Source: a virus. Taken from it: 64,000 nucleotides of DNA. A program made the position numbers and the translations under genes. How positions within the stretch are numbered: position 1 is the stretch's first letter; the number at the start of each line of letters is the position of its first letter. Under the pieces are notes generated by a model. It did not search any database, was not told where the DNA came from, and saw only the letters and a program-made list of their open reading frames with translations. Positions 52,623-62,220 of this stretch are shown here, in pieces. The stretch is taken from the IMG/VR virus record IMGVR_UViG_3300028025_000090; one strand, 5' to 3'.

Positions 52623-53567
52623 TTAGGGTAGTCCGAGGTTTGAGCCGAGGGTTGATTTGTATAAGGAGAAAAATAAGATTTGATCTGAAATTGTTATTCT
52701 CTTAGTTATTAGACCATTAAATGATATGTTACCATAATAGGGTACAGTATTTGATCCTCTATTTCCAATTTTATATGCGCCTGTTGGGAATGGTCTAGGA
52801 CCAGCACCTGGTGTGACAGTCAAATTGACTCCGTTTAAATTGATAATGGTGTCAGTATTATCTGTAGATGTTCCAATATAATAATAATTGCTACTAGATA
52901 ATGTTGCTCCAGCAGTAGTATATCCAGTAACATAATTAGTAGCACCTCCGTCATCCCCTAGTGAAGTATACCACGTTATAATCTCATTTGTTAATCCTGC
53001 CGTACTCGATCCTAATGTTATTCCTGAGAACGACTTACACCCAACAACTGATTGAGCATTACTCGAAGCAGTTATTGTAGACAATGGAGAAATGATAGTC
53101 AATGTCGTGGCGATTGAAGGTAATGTACCAACATCAATAACACCTGTAGTAGAAGTATTTGGAAATGTTATACTATTTGCTCCCCATGTTGGACCATTAG
53201 CTATTGTACCATTATAAGTTCCCAATCCACCTAAACTATATACGGTTGATCCAGTTCCAATATTCTGGTAATTTCTCAGCGACCAGCAGACCATATCTTT
53301 CCATAGATTAAGAGATTTTACACCTCTTGTAAACCAAAGCACTTCACATCTTCCTAAAGGATCAGTTACTCCTGCTCTTGTAAGATAAGCATCACCATCA
53401 GTATCATTAAATCCTAGACTAAATCTTGACCAAACACCAGATCTCTTCAAGCTCTCTACTCTATCATTGATAGTTTTTATAGTAGAAGGAGATACATTGA
53501 TACCATTCTCAGCCTGAAGACGGTTGATATATGCTTTAACTTCATTTTGTATCCCGTAGTATTTCAT
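52623..53567 (-). CDS. Virion lectin/LamG-like protein, paralogue 4
   Basis: N-terminal module present twice; KIGNRG...YYGNIS; ends STLGSNLGLP. Confidence 0.55.
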   Translation of the reverse strand: MKYYGIQNEVKAYINRLQAENGINVSPSTIKTINDRVESLKRSGVWSRFSLGFNDTDGDAYLTRAGVTDPLGRCEVLWFTRGVKSLNLWKDMVCWSLRNYQNIGTGSTVYSLGGLGTYNGTIANGPTWGANSITFPNTSTTGVIDVGTLPSIATTLTIISPLSTITASSNAQSVVGCKSFSGITLGSSTAGLTNEIITWYTSLGDDGGATNYVTGYTTAGATLSSSNYYYIGTSTDNTDTIINLNGVNLTVTPGAGPRPFPTGAYKIGNRGSNTVPYYGNISFNGLITKRITISDQILFFSLYKSTLGSNLGLP

Positions 53568-54103
53568 TAATTAATCTTATATACTTCGACTTTAGACCAA
53601 GCACCATCAGGTGTACCAACGATTACTTGCGCGGAATTAGACGAATACGCTTGAAAGGTGAGATAATCAGTGGAACCATTTAAGTATACAATAGCATTAG
53701 CGTTTAAAAATGTATTGACCGATGCCGTGCCATTGATTGGCTGTTGAGTCAAAGCAACCGCTGATCCCGTTCTTAAAATTTGTATATTATTTTGATTGCC
53801 GCTACCTGCTGTACCTGATTGCCAAGCTATTTGATAACTAATAAAATAATAACCTGGCACTGTCGGTGTTATTCTTGTTGCAGATAATCCAAACACTGAT
53901 ACCCATAAATTAGGGTCGTTTTTAATATAATCAAATAGTATAGGAGTATCTGAAGCGTTATTAGCAGTTTTATTAGCTGATAACGATGCTGTTACAACAT
54001 AGTCTGTATTTGATGCTATATCACCTGAAACATTAAGCGATCCATTGACACTTAAACTTGTAGTTCTAGTAATACTTGGTGAACCTGAAAAGTTAATAGG
54101 CAT
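53567..54103 (-). CDS. C1q/TNF-like fibre-tip domain protein (start revised from 54121)
   Basis: ITPTVPGYYFISYQI...IVYLNGSTDYLTFQAY. Confidence 0.6.
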   Translation of the reverse strand: MPINFSGSPSITRTTSLSVNGSLNVSGDIASNTDYVVTASLSANKTANNASDTPILFDYIKNDPNLWVSVFGLSATRITPTVPGYYFISYQIAWQSGTAGSGNQNNIQILRTGSAVALTQQPINGTASVNTFLNANAIVYLNGSTDYLTFQAYSSNSAQVIVGTPDGAWSKVEVYKIN

Positions 54104-54105
54104 AA

Positions 54106-54846
54106 TTAAACTCCCTCCCAAAAAATGTATTGATTCGATAATCCAGATAATGTATTAACTGAAATATCCCCTTTGTATCTATCATCAGAAAACTTCTCTC
54201 CTCTACCATCAAATGCTGCTGATCCTGGATATAGTATAAAGTTAAATGAGTTTTGGTTACATCCTAGACCATATTTAACATATAGTGGTTGTGTTCCTAG
54301 ATTTTGTCCGAATAGTGTGATTCTATTTGAGTTTGCTGAAAGAACCTGAGTACCTACTCCTGTTAGAGCAGTCCCTAGAGTCGCACCACTAAGATAGTTG
54401 GAAACTGAACCATAGCCAATATCAAATGTAGTAACACTATCAATATCTTTATCTAAGTCTCCTTGTAGTGCCATTGCCCCACCTGTCTGCGCATCAATAG
54501 TAATAAATGCATTTGTGCCTGTTAATGCTGGTATAGCAGATACAGAAGTGACAGGTGAGTATGAAGTTGCATCAAAATATTTTGCATAGACTGGTGATGT
54601 TAAATCATCGATAAATATCTGAAGTCTATCAGTACTCAACATTGAGGTTGTTGTAGCACTGAGAGTGAGAACATTACCTGTTAGATATCCACCCTTGGTT
54701 GGATCTGCAAAATTATAAATTATAGTATTACGTGTTACATTGGTGATCAACAAAATTTGATCTAATGTAATATTTGGATAGCTAGTAATCTGCACTCTTC
54801 CTATTGGAGATGCTGAAAAGGCATATGTTGTTGTTAAGGTCTTCAT
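54106..54846 (-). CDS. Virion structural protein
   Basis: ILLITNVTRNTIIYNFADP; in fibre gene block. Confidence 0.6.
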   Translation of the reverse strand: MKTLTTTYAFSASPIGRVQITSYPNITLDQILLITNVTRNTIIYNFADPTKGGYLTGNVLTLSATTTSMLSTDRLQIFIDDLTSPVYAKYFDATSYSPVTSVSAIPALTGTNAFITIDAQTGGAMALQGDLDKDIDSVTTFDIGYGSVSNYLSGATLGTALTGVGTQVLSANSNRITLFGQNLGTQPLYVKYGLGCNQNSFNFILYPGSAAFDGRGEKFSDDRYKGDISVNTLSGLSNQYIFWEGV

Positions 54847-54870
54847 TATCTTTCGTTATTTAGTATGATA

Positions 54871-56859
54871 TTATCCAACTGCAATAGCCATTGCAATAGC
54901 AAATGTTTCAGCAGCAAGTTTCGCCCCATTCGAGTATACATTACCACTGGCACTAATATTTCCAGATACAGTAAATCTCTCATTAGGTGTAGATGTATGT
55001 ACTCCAACATTAGGAAAATTTGAATTGACCCCTCCTACATGTAAAACTTCTATGTTTTGGTCAATATCGTAAAACGATGCAATATCGCCTGTTCCGCTAT
55101 TACCTACCCACATAGCTGGACCAGCACCTATATGAACAACACTTAATGCGCTGGTTACAGAGAATATAGTATTGTTAAAGGTAGTTGTTCCAGTTGCAGT
55201 TAGATTACCTTGAATAGTAACGTTGTTGTTGAATATCGTAGAACCTGTTACAGTTCCGCCAGATAGAGGAAAGAACTTAGAATTTGTGAAATTTACAGTA
55301 GCGTAGTTTGCGCTGTTAGACTGATATATAACACTGGTGTTATAAGCATCATCCCAGTTAGCACTATTAGATCTTACTAAAGTATTAACATAAGTATCAT
55401 CACCACCACCGCCGCTTGAAAATATCGTTAAAAGATCTACACCAGCAGACAAATACTGACCAGTCACATTTAGATCACCATTTATCGTGCCGCCATCTTG
55501 GTATTGAGTAGCATTTGTTCCACCACCAGAAGCATAAACCGCTACATATTTTCTTAAATCGGTTTTATAATTTTCAAATTTATCGTGAATTTTTTTATTC
55601 CAATCCTTTTCAATAGAGTCCCAATCTTTAACAATTGGTTCACCTTTTTTGGATTCTAAAATATATTCAACTGGTTTTTCATTTTTGATTTTACGAATCT
55701 CAGAAAGCAATCCATTTCTACTTTCTTGAATAAGATCTTGAAAATATTTTCTCGCTTCATCTGTAATATCTAAAGTTTCTTCCTTTACTAAGGATAATTT
55801 TTCATTGAAATATTGTGTGATTTCTTGTTCTGTTTCTGAGATTTTATTATCAAATTTCTCAGAAATCTCTAAAATTTTCTTATCGACATTTCCTACACGA
55901 GAAAGAGCTTTTTGGACACCTTTGTTCAAGGAATTATTAAGTTCAATATTGGCATCACGAATTGCATCCAATTCCTTATTAACACCTTCAATTAAAGAAA
56001 CATCAGCTTTTTCATTCAATTTATTGTTGAGATTTTTATCAATTTCTGATACCTTTTCAACAATTTCTTCTGCAATATCTTTTAATTCTTTATCAACTTT
56101 CGGGTTGATATTACTTTCGTATAATTCTTTGACTAATTTTTTAACAGACTTATCGATCAGCTTGGAAGAATTTTGAAAGTTCTTGCCAAGAGATTCATTT
56201 AGATTGTCAGCAATATCTTGAATTTTAAGATCAATACTTTCACGAATCTCATCAAATTTATAATCATTATCTGAAATTAATTCATTTTTAATTTTTCCAG
56301 AAATGATAGTAAATTCATCTACAAGATTTTCTCTTGCCGATTCCAAATATTCCTTGAGAGCTTTTTCTTTTTTTCTACTCTCATTTTTAATATCTTGAAT
56401 ATTTTTCGCTTTATTATGTTCCAAAATTTCAAGAGATTTCTTTACAGCATTTCTCTTTACTCTTTTTATTTCTTCAAGAATTTCTTGTTTTTTATCTTCG
56501 ATAATTTCAGAATTATCAAAATTTTCTTCGATAAGCTCTTTGACATCTAAATCTTCATCTTCTTCATTCTCAATATTTGATTCAAAGATTTCAACTGGTT
56601 CGCTTTCTGAATTAAAATAAATTTCTTGTTTCCCTTTCAGAAGTAAGAAAGGATATTGTGCTTTTTCGTTTCCTTCCTCTACAAGAATAGATACGATTGG
56701 ATTTCCGTTTTCTTCGGAAATCTTTTCAGCCACATATTTATTTTCGTTTATCTGCACCTCAAAAACACCGAAAAAGACTTCTTGAAAATCTTTAACTTGA
56801 AGGATGTTCAGAGGAGAGTTAGACGAGGTAATTTTTACCTCTTCGCTAAACAGTCTCAT
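54871..56859 (-). CDS. Long coiled-coil protein with fibre-like C-terminus
   Basis: E/K-rich central coil then SGGG...GGTINGDLNVTG repeats; TAAATA-N6-ATG. Confidence 0.6.
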   Translation of the reverse strand: MRLFSEEVKITSSNSPLNILQVKDFQEVFFGVFEVQINENKYVAEKISEENGNPIVSILVEEGNEKAQYPFLLLKGKQEIYFNSESEPVEIFESNIENEEDEDLDVKELIEENFDNSEIIEDKKQEILEEIKRVKRNAVKKSLEILEHNKAKNIQDIKNESRKKEKALKEYLESARENLVDEFTIISGKIKNELISDNDYKFDEIRESIDLKIQDIADNLNESLGKNFQNSSKLIDKSVKKLVKELYESNINPKVDKELKDIAEEIVEKVSEIDKNLNNKLNEKADVSLIEGVNKELDAIRDANIELNNSLNKGVQKALSRVGNVDKKILEISEKFDNKISETEQEITQYFNEKLSLVKEETLDITDEARKYFQDLIQESRNGLLSEIRKIKNEKPVEYILESKKGEPIVKDWDSIEKDWNKKIHDKFENYKTDLRKYVAVYASGGGTNATQYQDGGTINGDLNVTGQYLSAGVDLLTIFSSGGGGDDTYVNTLVRSNSANWDDAYNTSVIYQSNSANYATVNFTNSKFFPLSGGTVTGSTIFNNNVTIQGNLTATGTTTFNNTIFSVTSALSVVHIGAGPAMWVGNSGTGDIASFYDIDQNIEVLHVGGVNSNFPNVGVHTSTPNERFTVSGNISASGNVYSNGAKLAAETFAIAMAIAVG

Positions 56860-56901
56860 CTTTTATATTTAGTCAAATGATTATTATGTCAATTATAATT
56901 A

Positions 56902-58044
56902 TTAAAAAACTGAAAAACCAACAGGATCGAAATCTCCGTAACCACCTTCGATTAAGAACTGTTCCAATTCTTTCTTTTCTGCGACACCTTCTGACAAAAT
57001 GGAATCACCATTGATAGAACCACCACCAGGTAAATTCACACCATTAATTTTAGTGAGAATCCTTCCCCACATGACTTTACACAAAGCAGTGGAGTATTCC
57101 AATACCCATTTTTCTTTTACCAAATCTCGAAGCGGTTTTTCCACATAACATTCCAATAAACCATAGAATGTGGTGTTTTTCGGCTGTGGTATCAAGCGTA
57201 AATATTGTGTTCTAGGATCGAAATGAATATCTCTTCTTGTGGCAAACATTTTTTCTCTGGTATCGATCCAATCTTTGACAGTATGCCAAGAAAGAATATC
57301 GAAACCATAATTCCCAAGAGAATATGCGTGATATGATTGTTGTGCCATAGTTTGCTCCACGGAGAACAATGTATTCACACCAGTCGTAGAACCTTCTTCA
57401 AACGATACGACATCAACAACTTTTCGATAATCCATGATGTCATAATCGAACATATTGTTGTATGTGCGAACATCTGCTTGTGGTTCACATTGAATAGTGA
57501 AAGGTTTTTGATAAGATTGTTGAAACAAGGAACTTAAAGAAGGATTGAATCCAACGAATAAGTCATAGGTAGCTTTATCAATAATTTGCATGGATGTAAT
57601 ACCATCGGATGGAACTACAGCACTCAAAGACGATGAAGAAGCAAAATAAGAATTTGGTATGGTAGACAAGGAAACATACAACACATCAGGAATTTTCACT
57701 TCATAATCAGGATTAGGTCCGAGTTTCTTATCATTTAATTTTTCCGATGGTGTGTATCCAGAATTTGCCACGGTGAAGAGAGTGTCCAATCTGATTCCTT
57801 TACCACTTTCATACAAGTTACTATCAAAAATTATATATTCTTTTGAATATCCAGCGTATTTCGTATAAAAATCTGTTGCCATTGAAATCGCTTCATGAAG
57901 TTGGTCATAATGCAATTCAACATTGATCATCGGATGTCCTAATAATCTCAAGATTCTTTCTCCCAAACGTTGATAACACTCGATCTTTGAATTAAGATTA
58001 GTGGACATGAAAGCTGAAATCGGTTCTATTTGACAGAGACTCAT
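56902..58044 (-). CDS. gp13: Neck protein (gp13-like; start revised from 58089)
   Basis: LGHPMINVEL, WVLEYSTALCKVMWG...LPGGGSING; TAAATA-N5-ATG. Confidence 0.88.
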   Translation of the reverse strand: MSLCQIEPISAFMSTNLNSKIECYQRLGERILRLLGHPMINVELHYDQLHEAISMATDFYTKYAGYSKEYIIFDSNLYESGKGIRLDTLFTVANSGYTPSEKLNDKKLGPNPDYEVKIPDVLYVSLSTIPNSYFASSSSLSAVVPSDGITSMQIIDKATYDLFVGFNPSLSSLFQQSYQKPFTIQCEPQADVRTYNNMFDYDIMDYRKVVDVVSFEEGSTTGVNTLFSVEQTMAQQSYHAYSLGNYGFDILSWHTVKDWIDTREKMFATRRDIHFDPRTQYLRLIPQPKNTTFYGLLECYVEKPLRDLVKEKWVLEYSTALCKVMWGRILTKINGVNLPGGGSINGDSILSEGVAEKKELEQFLIEGGYGDFDPVGFSVF

Positions 58045-58072
58045 ATTATTATTTAATAAGCTAAATAATATT

Positions 58073-58369
58073 ATGTCATTTGAATCCAATAATGGTTCTA
58101 TTTATTATCAACTTTCTTGCGGTGTCCCCACTGTTTCAGGGTGGAACGCTAATACTAATGATGGTTCCAAATATTATTACCTATCTTCCAACGATTTCAT
58201 ACTTTGGGGTCAAAGCACTGTTTTCACTCATCCATCAGCTAATAATGGTAGTCAATATTATTTTTATGTGTGTAATAAATCGACTGATACTGGTTGGTCT
58301 GCATTGTCTAACAATGGGACTAAATTTTATTATAATTCAGCATTTAATTGTGTCAGCTTTTGCGAATAA
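58073..58369 (+). CDS. Small late protein with two-fold internal repeat
   Basis: NNGSxYY...GW...NxGxKyYY twice; TAAATA-N5-ATG back-to-back with gp13 promoter. Confidence 0.7.
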   Translation: MSFESNNGSIYYQLSCGVPTVSGWNANTNDGSKYYYLSSNDFILWGQSTVFTHPSANNGSQYYFYVCNKSTDTGWSALSNNGTKFYYNSAFNCVSFCE

Positions 58370-58377
58370 ATAATATC

Positions 58378-59052
58378 ATGGATTTATGGATTTTCCTAAT
58401 GCAGAACGCGCAAACTATTTCAATTGTTATTGGATTGGTAAGCACCTTTTTGGTTTTTTTCAAAAAAATTAAAAAATTTATTATTAAAAAATATGAACAA
58501 CATAAAATTTATAGTAAATCTAAACATGAAATACCAGAAATTTTACAAGAAATTAAATTAGGAATCGGTAATTTAGATACTCGAATGAAGAATGTTGAAT
58601 ATGAAATCTCCCCTAATGGTGGTGGTTCCATGAAAGATTCTCTGAAAATTATCAAAGCAGAAATAGAAGCAATGTTTTGGTTGAACCCAAAACCATCTTT
58701 CCGAACTACTTCCAAAGCAATGAATATTCAAGTTAATGAAGCATATTGTCATTTGTGTGCGACATCATCGGAAGAATTACTTCGTTTGAATTGGAAAAAT
58801 TTCATAGAAGATGAAAGTCAATTGGACGATTACATGCGTAGATGGGAAGAATCTACCGATGCCTTTTCACAATTTGCTGGTAAATTAAAATTTAAAAATT
58901 CTCGTGGAGAATCTATGGGGGAATGGCTAGTAAAAGTTCGCCCTCTCGGATCAATAGAAGAAGGACGGGATTATTTGTGGAACGGTTCAATTTATCCGTT
59001 TGATCAGAAATCAAAAGAATGTGCTAGGAATTTTAATATTCCTCTGAATTAA
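58378..59052 (+). CDS. Membrane protein (holin-like NGG motif) fused to PAS-like domain (start revised from 58348)
   Basis: N-terminal TM, PNGGGSMKD, then FRTT...QVNEAYCHLCATSSEELLRLNWKNFI. Confidence 0.5.
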   Translation: MDLWIFLMQNAQTISIVIGLVSTFLVFFKKIKKFIIKKYEQHKIYSKSKHEIPEILQEIKLGIGNLDTRMKNVEYEISPNGGGSMKDSLKIIKAEIEAMFWLNPKPSFRTTSKAMNIQVNEAYCHLCATSSEELLRLNWKNFIEDESQLDDYMRRWEESTDAFSQFAGKLKFKNSRGESMGEWLVKVRPLGSIEEGRDYLWNGSIYPFDQKSKECARNFNIPLN

Positions 59053-60872
59053 ACTGGTGGTGCTTCTTCTGCTGGAGGTGCTTCTTCTGCTGGAGGTGCT
59101 TCTCCACCGCCCAAATCAGCTTCTTCGCCACCTCCTATAGCGGCTCCACCACCTCCGAAGTCTGGAGGCATACCGCCTCCACCGCCTCCACCGCCACCTA
59201 AGTCGCCGCCTTCTCCTCCCGCAGCACCTTCAGCTTGTTGCGCTGCAAGTTCTTTCCAGTTAGGCCCGTTAGCTTTAATTTGTTCAATTTCGTATAGGAA
59301 CTCTGCTTCGTTTCTCAAGAAGTGACGATTAGCAAGAATATCTGAATCTTTCCAATCCAAATATTTTTTCATGGCAAAGGTTTTGGAAACGAATTCACTG
59401 TTTGTAATACTGGTAAAGGTGTTAATTTTTAGTTCAAGCTTTTGACTTTCTCTCATGTCATAGAAATTCGTCGGAACATTAAATTCCACTTGAATATTAT
59501 CTTCGAAAAGATCGTATTCTTCGAACATTTCTTTAAATTTGAGATGAGTGACAAATGCTCTTTTGATACCTTGAGCAAATCTTTGTTGTTGACGAATGAT
59601 CATCTTCGCAAATTTGAGTTCTTCACGAAGCATTTCTGTTCCATCATTATATCCTGTTTCACTATTCAAACGAGAAGTAGGAGTCTTCAGAGAACGATAA
59701 AGTTTCTTGATGAACCAATCTAGAGGCTCCATATTACCATCTGATTGTTGACCACCAAATGTTTCAACAGTTGTTGCTTCTTGTCCTTGTCTTTTAGCAA
59801 ACCAGAAAGAATCCAAAGTAGATTGTGGTGCATATTTTTTAACGACATCACTTTGATCCAAATCGAAAGTCTTAGTAGACCAATATTGAGATTGTAATTT
59901 TCTCAGATATGCTTCAGCTTGAGGAACTGGCAATCTACCAACATCAACATTGAAAAGGAAACGAAGAGGGGCATGAACCATTCTATGGATAACCACAGAA
60001 TCTTCGATCATCGAAAGCTGTCTGTAAGCTCTACGGCAATTCTCAATGAAAGGAATAATAAAATCTTTTGTTTCATTATATTGTCCACTATTCACATAAA
60101 GAACTTGGTTCTGTTCAAATGGAATATATTCATACCGTTCAACTTTTTTATTATCGATGCTAGAAAAAATAGGCTTCTTGTAAATAAATGCTTTGACTAA
60201 CATCGTCTGGATGTTGTCATAAACAGGATCGAATTGATCAGCAGGAAGATTTTTAATGGCAACGACACCTTGTTTGATGTAATCATCTTTTAGAATAAGT
60301 TCAAAAAAGAGTTCACCTTCAACGAGAAATTGTCGGAAATAATGCCATCCATTATCATCCAAATCCAACATGGAACAGAATTTAGAAAATTCTTTTTGTA
60401 ATTCTTCTTTTTTCTCTGATTCCAAATCAGCATTACGGAAATTAAGAGTTACGATCTCTCCATCTTCATCGACGTTAATAGTTTCGTCACAAATTTCATC
60501 CAAAGCATCTGCCACTTCGGAGTAAGCAGCAATCATACGGTAGTCTCTAAGACGACCTGGTTTTTCCTCTGATGCTTGGGAATACATCAAATCCGTAAAG
60601 GATTTGTCTTGGTAAATAGCAGAAAACGCTGTGTTATTCCAGTCGTTATTAAGAGCTACAGAGTTCTTAGCAATCGCTTCAGGTCTGCGTAACCCGATTT
60701 TTTGGAAATATTTATATTTTGTATTCTTTGCTTCATCAGGAGTTTGCTGAAGAAAATTCCCACGATTCTTCAAATAGGATTGCATATTCCTATCGAAAGT
60801 GGAACCCTTGCCGTCACTTCCTTGGTATTGATTATTTGATGATGGGGTTGTTGAACTTCCGACTCCTGCCAT
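59049..60872 (-). CDS. gp20: Portal protein (gp20-like)
   Basis: EVADALDEI, IEDSVVIHR...APLRFLFNVDVGRLP, FIKKLYRSLKTPTSRL; Gly-rich tail. Confidence 0.95.
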   Translation of the reverse strand: MAGVGSSTTPSSNNQYQGSDGKGSTFDRNMQSYLKNRGNFLQQTPDEAKNTKYKYFQKIGLRRPEAIAKNSVALNNDWNNTAFSAIYQDKSFTDLMYSQASEEKPGRLRDYRMIAAYSEVADALDEICDETINVDEDGEIVTLNFRNADLESEKKEELQKEFSKFCSMLDLDDNGWHYFRQFLVEGELFFELILKDDYIKQGVVAIKNLPADQFDPVYDNIQTMLVKAFIYKKPIFSSIDNKKVERYEYIPFEQNQVLYVNSGQYNETKDFIIPFIENCRRAYRQLSMIEDSVVIHRMVHAPLRFLFNVDVGRLPVPQAEAYLRKLQSQYWSTKTFDLDQSDVVKKYAPQSTLDSFWFAKRQGQEATTVETFGGQQSDGNMEPLDWFIKKLYRSLKTPTSRLNSETGYNDGTEMLREELKFAKMIIRQQQRFAQGIKRAFVTHLKFKEMFEEYDLFEDNIQVEFNVPTNFYDMRESQKLELKINTFTSITNSEFVSKTFAMKKYLDWKDSDILANRHFLRNEAEFLYEIEQIKANGPNWKELAAQQAEGAAGGEGGDLGGGGGGGGGMPPDFGGGGAAIGGGEEADLGGGEAPPAEEAPPAEEAPPV

Positions 60873-60902
60873 ACTTATTATTTAGGGGGATTTGTCAATT
60901 AT

Positions 60903-61982
60903 TCAATGAGAACTTACCCATCCTGCATCATTAGCAGTGATAAATATCGCATTTCCATTAAAATTATTAAAATAATCAGAACTTAAAGAAATTGTAGCGA
61001 TATTATCATTCACCACCGTAATCACATTCTCTGGTAATTGATAAGCAGAAATCGTGGGAAACTTGGCAGTATCGATCTCCTTATAAATCAATTCAGGAAT
61101 ATTTGTGTTTGCTGACAGATACCAAGTGTTATTGTAACCGAATCGCTTCCCATAGAATTGGAAATTTCTTTCATTCAACTCAGTTACAATCAAAGAATCT
61201 TCTTGATGGATACCATTGATGAAATAATTGGTGAATTCTGGATACGCACTAATCGATACGCTTTCTGTTTGAACACCTTCTGCACTGATAGCATCGAAGA
61301 GATTGTAATCACAAAATCTATTACTGACAGCTAGAGCATGGAAATCTGCATTAACCACATAGATCGGTGCTTGAGTTTGGTTATAATCTTTGAACAACCA
61401 ACCTTTGACTGTGAATGATGTGGATGCAGAAATTCTCCATTTTGTATCAGGTGACAAATCTTTGGGATTTTCATAGGAAATATCACCTGACCATTGAATT
61501 TCCGAACGAATCTCATCAATAAATGGTAGATTAAATTTCTCAGGAATTTTCCAAGAAACGATAATATATGGATTGCAATTTACGACGAAATTCTGGATGA
61601 TCTGATCCAGATCTTCTTTGAAGTAACAAATGATGTTCACATCCAGAGTGAGATTTACTGGAATTGGTGTTGGAATTTTAGCAAGTCTATTGCTAGAATC
61701 CAACTGTTTTCTATACAGAAATTGATCTTTATTTGAAATCCTAGAAGGATCACGAGCTAAACTTGTCTGCTCAATCGTTACTACTGGCAGTGTCAGTGTC
61801 TTAGCTCTATCAGAAAGATCATGAAGGACACGGTGTTTAGGTCCGTTTACATACCGAACTTCAATTTTCTCCTTCGATTGTCTGGTTTTCGCATCGTAAC
61901 GATACACGAAAGCATCGTCAAATGCTGCAACAAACATATTGAGGAGTTGGGAATTTTCGAAAAAGTAATTATAGTCCTTCAC
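60903..61982 (-). CDS. gp15: Tail terminator/sheath stabiliser (gp15-like)
   Basis: FVAAFDD...EVRYVNGPK, LPVVT...RDPSR, PIPVNL...DLDQIIQNF. Confidence 0.85.
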   Translation of the reverse strand: MKDYNYFFENSQLLNMFVAAFDDAFVYRYDAKTRQSKEKIEVRYVNGPKHRVLHDLSDRAKTLTLPVVTIEQTSLARDPSRISNKDQFLYRKQLDSSNRLAKIPTPIPVNLTLDVNIICYFKEDLDQIIQNFVVNCNPYIIVSWKIPEKFNLPFIDEIRSEIQWSGDISYENPKDLSPDTKWRISASTSFTVKGWLFKDYNQTQAPIYVVNADFHALAVSNRFCDYNLFDAISAEGVQTESVSISAYPEFTNYFINGIHQEDSLIVTELNERNFQFYGKRFGYNNTWYLSANTNIPELIYKEIDTAKFPTISAYQLPENVITVVNDNIATISLSSDYFNNFNGNAIFITANDAGWVSSH

Positions 61983-61991
61983 TCATAATAC

Positions 61992-62216
61992 TTAATCAAC
62001 ATCAATGTATTTAGCTTTAATCACATTATCGGCAATATCAGATAAAAGTTCAGATGCATAGATTTGGGGGTCGTCTGATTGACAAATAATCTCTCCACTG
62101 AAACAATTATATTCTTTGAAAAAATCTATTACTTTATCAAAAACGATATTGCGAATTTCTTCGGAATCTTCATATTCCACGATAGTATCTGTATATAGGT
62201 TGTATTGTTTTCTCAT
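61992..62216 (-). CDS. Hypothetical acidic protein
   Basis: Short ORF between AAA ATPase and gp15. Confidence 0.65.
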   Translation of the reverse strand: MRKQYNLYTDTIVEYEDSEEIRNIVFDKVIDFFKEYNCFSGEIICQSDDPQIYASELLSDIADNVIKAKYIDVD

Positions 62217-62220
62217 ATTA

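Larger units (their letters stand above)
26073..60884. promoter_or_regulatory. T4 late-type promoters TAAATA-N5/6-ATG
   Basis: Seen before ATGs at 26067, 29480, 31451, 31483, 34942, 36629, 38737, 44477, 45005, 45558, 48067, 48557, 49231, 56859, 58044, 58073, 58378, 60872. Confidence 0.85.

Noticed and set aside
59061-59230. 18-bp tandem repeat and GC-rich run in the portal gene
   Set aside because: Explained by the Gly/Pro/Glu low-complexity C-terminal tail of the portal protein
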